Assembly: GCA_003427395.1 (NCBI GenBank)
Contig: BFEA01000038.1
Span: 1,216,762 to 1,280,761 of the forward strand
Source of the DNA: Chara braunii
Lineage: Eukaryota; Plantae; Charophyceae
Reading direction: 5' to 3'
DNA: 64,000 nt
The notes under the pieces were generated by a model. It did no database searches and was not told the DNA's origin. It saw only the letters and a list, made by a program, of their open reading frames with translations. Positions 62,901-64,000 of the stretch are shown here, one piece after another (position 1 is the stretch's first letter; every line of letters begins with the position of its first letter). Position numbers and translations under genes: made by a program.

Positions 62901-64000
62901 AGAAGGGAAAATTTATCCATTAAAGCTTTTATTTCCTCCATATTTCCTTAGAAGCTTCCAGCATTATGGTTAGATCATCAGCAAATATAGAACAAATAGG
63001 AATAACGTCTTCTGGAATACCCGTTATCTAGAGTTTTTTAAGATTCTTGTTAATTCGTAGGTTAACTCCTAATGCTTCCATTATGATAAAAAAACAAAAA
63101 GAGTTAATGGGTCCCCCTTGTCTAACCGATATCTGAAGACGGATTTCTGGAGAAAGAAGACCATTGATCTGGATCTGGGTAGTTGCATTAGAATGAAGAA
63201 TAGTGACCCATCTACGAATAGATGGACCAAAATTCATCTTAGATAAGCACGCATCCAAAAAATTTCAGTCCACATGATCATAGGCTTCCTCAAAATCTAT
63301 AAACACAAAGGCAATTTTTTTATCATTCTGTCTGGGCAACTTAATCATCTTATTTATAAGCAAAATATTATGTTGTATGTTCCTTCCATTAATAAATCCT
63401 GTTTGAGAGGGATGAATTATATCTGGCATTATAGGAATAAAACGGTTCGCAATGGCCTTAGCCAACATTTTATACACTACTATGAGTAGAGTGATGGGTC
63501 TATAATTCCTGATATTCGTTTTATCTCCCTTTTTGTATAACAAGGTTAAAATCCCTTGCCCTACTATTTCCCCCATACTCCCCATTTCCTGAATTTGTTT
63601 GAAAAATTTCATCAAATCATCTGTGAAGTATGACCACATTATTTTCTAAAATTCCTTGAGGAGGCCATCAAATCCCGGAGTTTTATCCTCATTCATTTGC
63701 AACAGCGCAGTCCAGATTTCTTCTTTAGTAATAGGTTCTTCCAACTTTTTCTTTTGTCTTTCTGATAATTCTTGGGTCACGGGGCTAAAAAATTCTTTAG
63801 GATCGGATCTACAATTGATGCATCAACCTTTGAGATAAAAAGATTTTTGAAGAAATCATATGTTACCTTCATACTAATGGCCGAACTGGCAGTCTCTTGC
63901 TGAGGCAAATGTTGTGGATCTATCAGGGTTTCAATAGTCGTTCTTCTAGCTCTGGTGCGAGCCAAAGAAAAAAATGATGTATCCATCTGTCCTTCATTTG
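59875..64000 (-). pseudogene. L1/Tx1-like LINE (RT to poly(A)), decayed, continues beyond the window
   Basis: Poly(T) at 59875-59923, 3' motif at 59985-60038; NYRPITLL, DFEEAYD, VRQGGP, FADD, SKGGLGILD, CGVC..EHIFLQC. Confidence 0.93.
60505..60891. mobile_element. Non-autonomous DNA transposon, 387 bp, 8-bp TSD TTTTTTTC (hAT-like TSD length)
   Basis: TIR CTAGGTTACC/GGTAACTTAG; subterminal GTCCG/CGGAC repeats; removal restores the LINE frame QDIKKKIQTFTKDWLG. Confidence 0.82.

Overview
Repeat-saturated eukaryotic intergenic DNA with four scaffold gaps and no recognisable host gene. The repeat landscape resembles that of a streptophyte alga such as Chara; this is inferred from pattern familiarity only. 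The main contents are: (i) a 13.35-kb full-length, decayed Ty3/Gypsy-type LTR retrotransposon (46256-59608, 4-bp TSD GCGT), plus a solo LTR (20461-23037, TSD ACAT) and an LTR fragment of related subfamilies; (ii) one nearly full-length and several truncated, nested L1/Tx1-like LINEs; (iii) a Penelope-like RT remnant; (iv) several MITE families, tRNA-like SINE heads, and mini- and microsatellites; (v) a Nextera mate-pair adapter artefact. The LTR element is the most unusual object. It has a split terminal arrangement: the 5' LTR lacks the terminal GCGTCACA, which instead occurs in a palindromic 'circle-junction' CGTCACA-TA-TGTGACG where the polypurine tract should be. It also carries a protein-conserved ORF inside the LTR, a PHD finger in front of the integrase, and extra 3' ORFs. 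Independently, the LINEs share a conserved 3'-terminal motif that folds on paper into two tandem H-type pseudoknots plus a hairpin before the poly(A).
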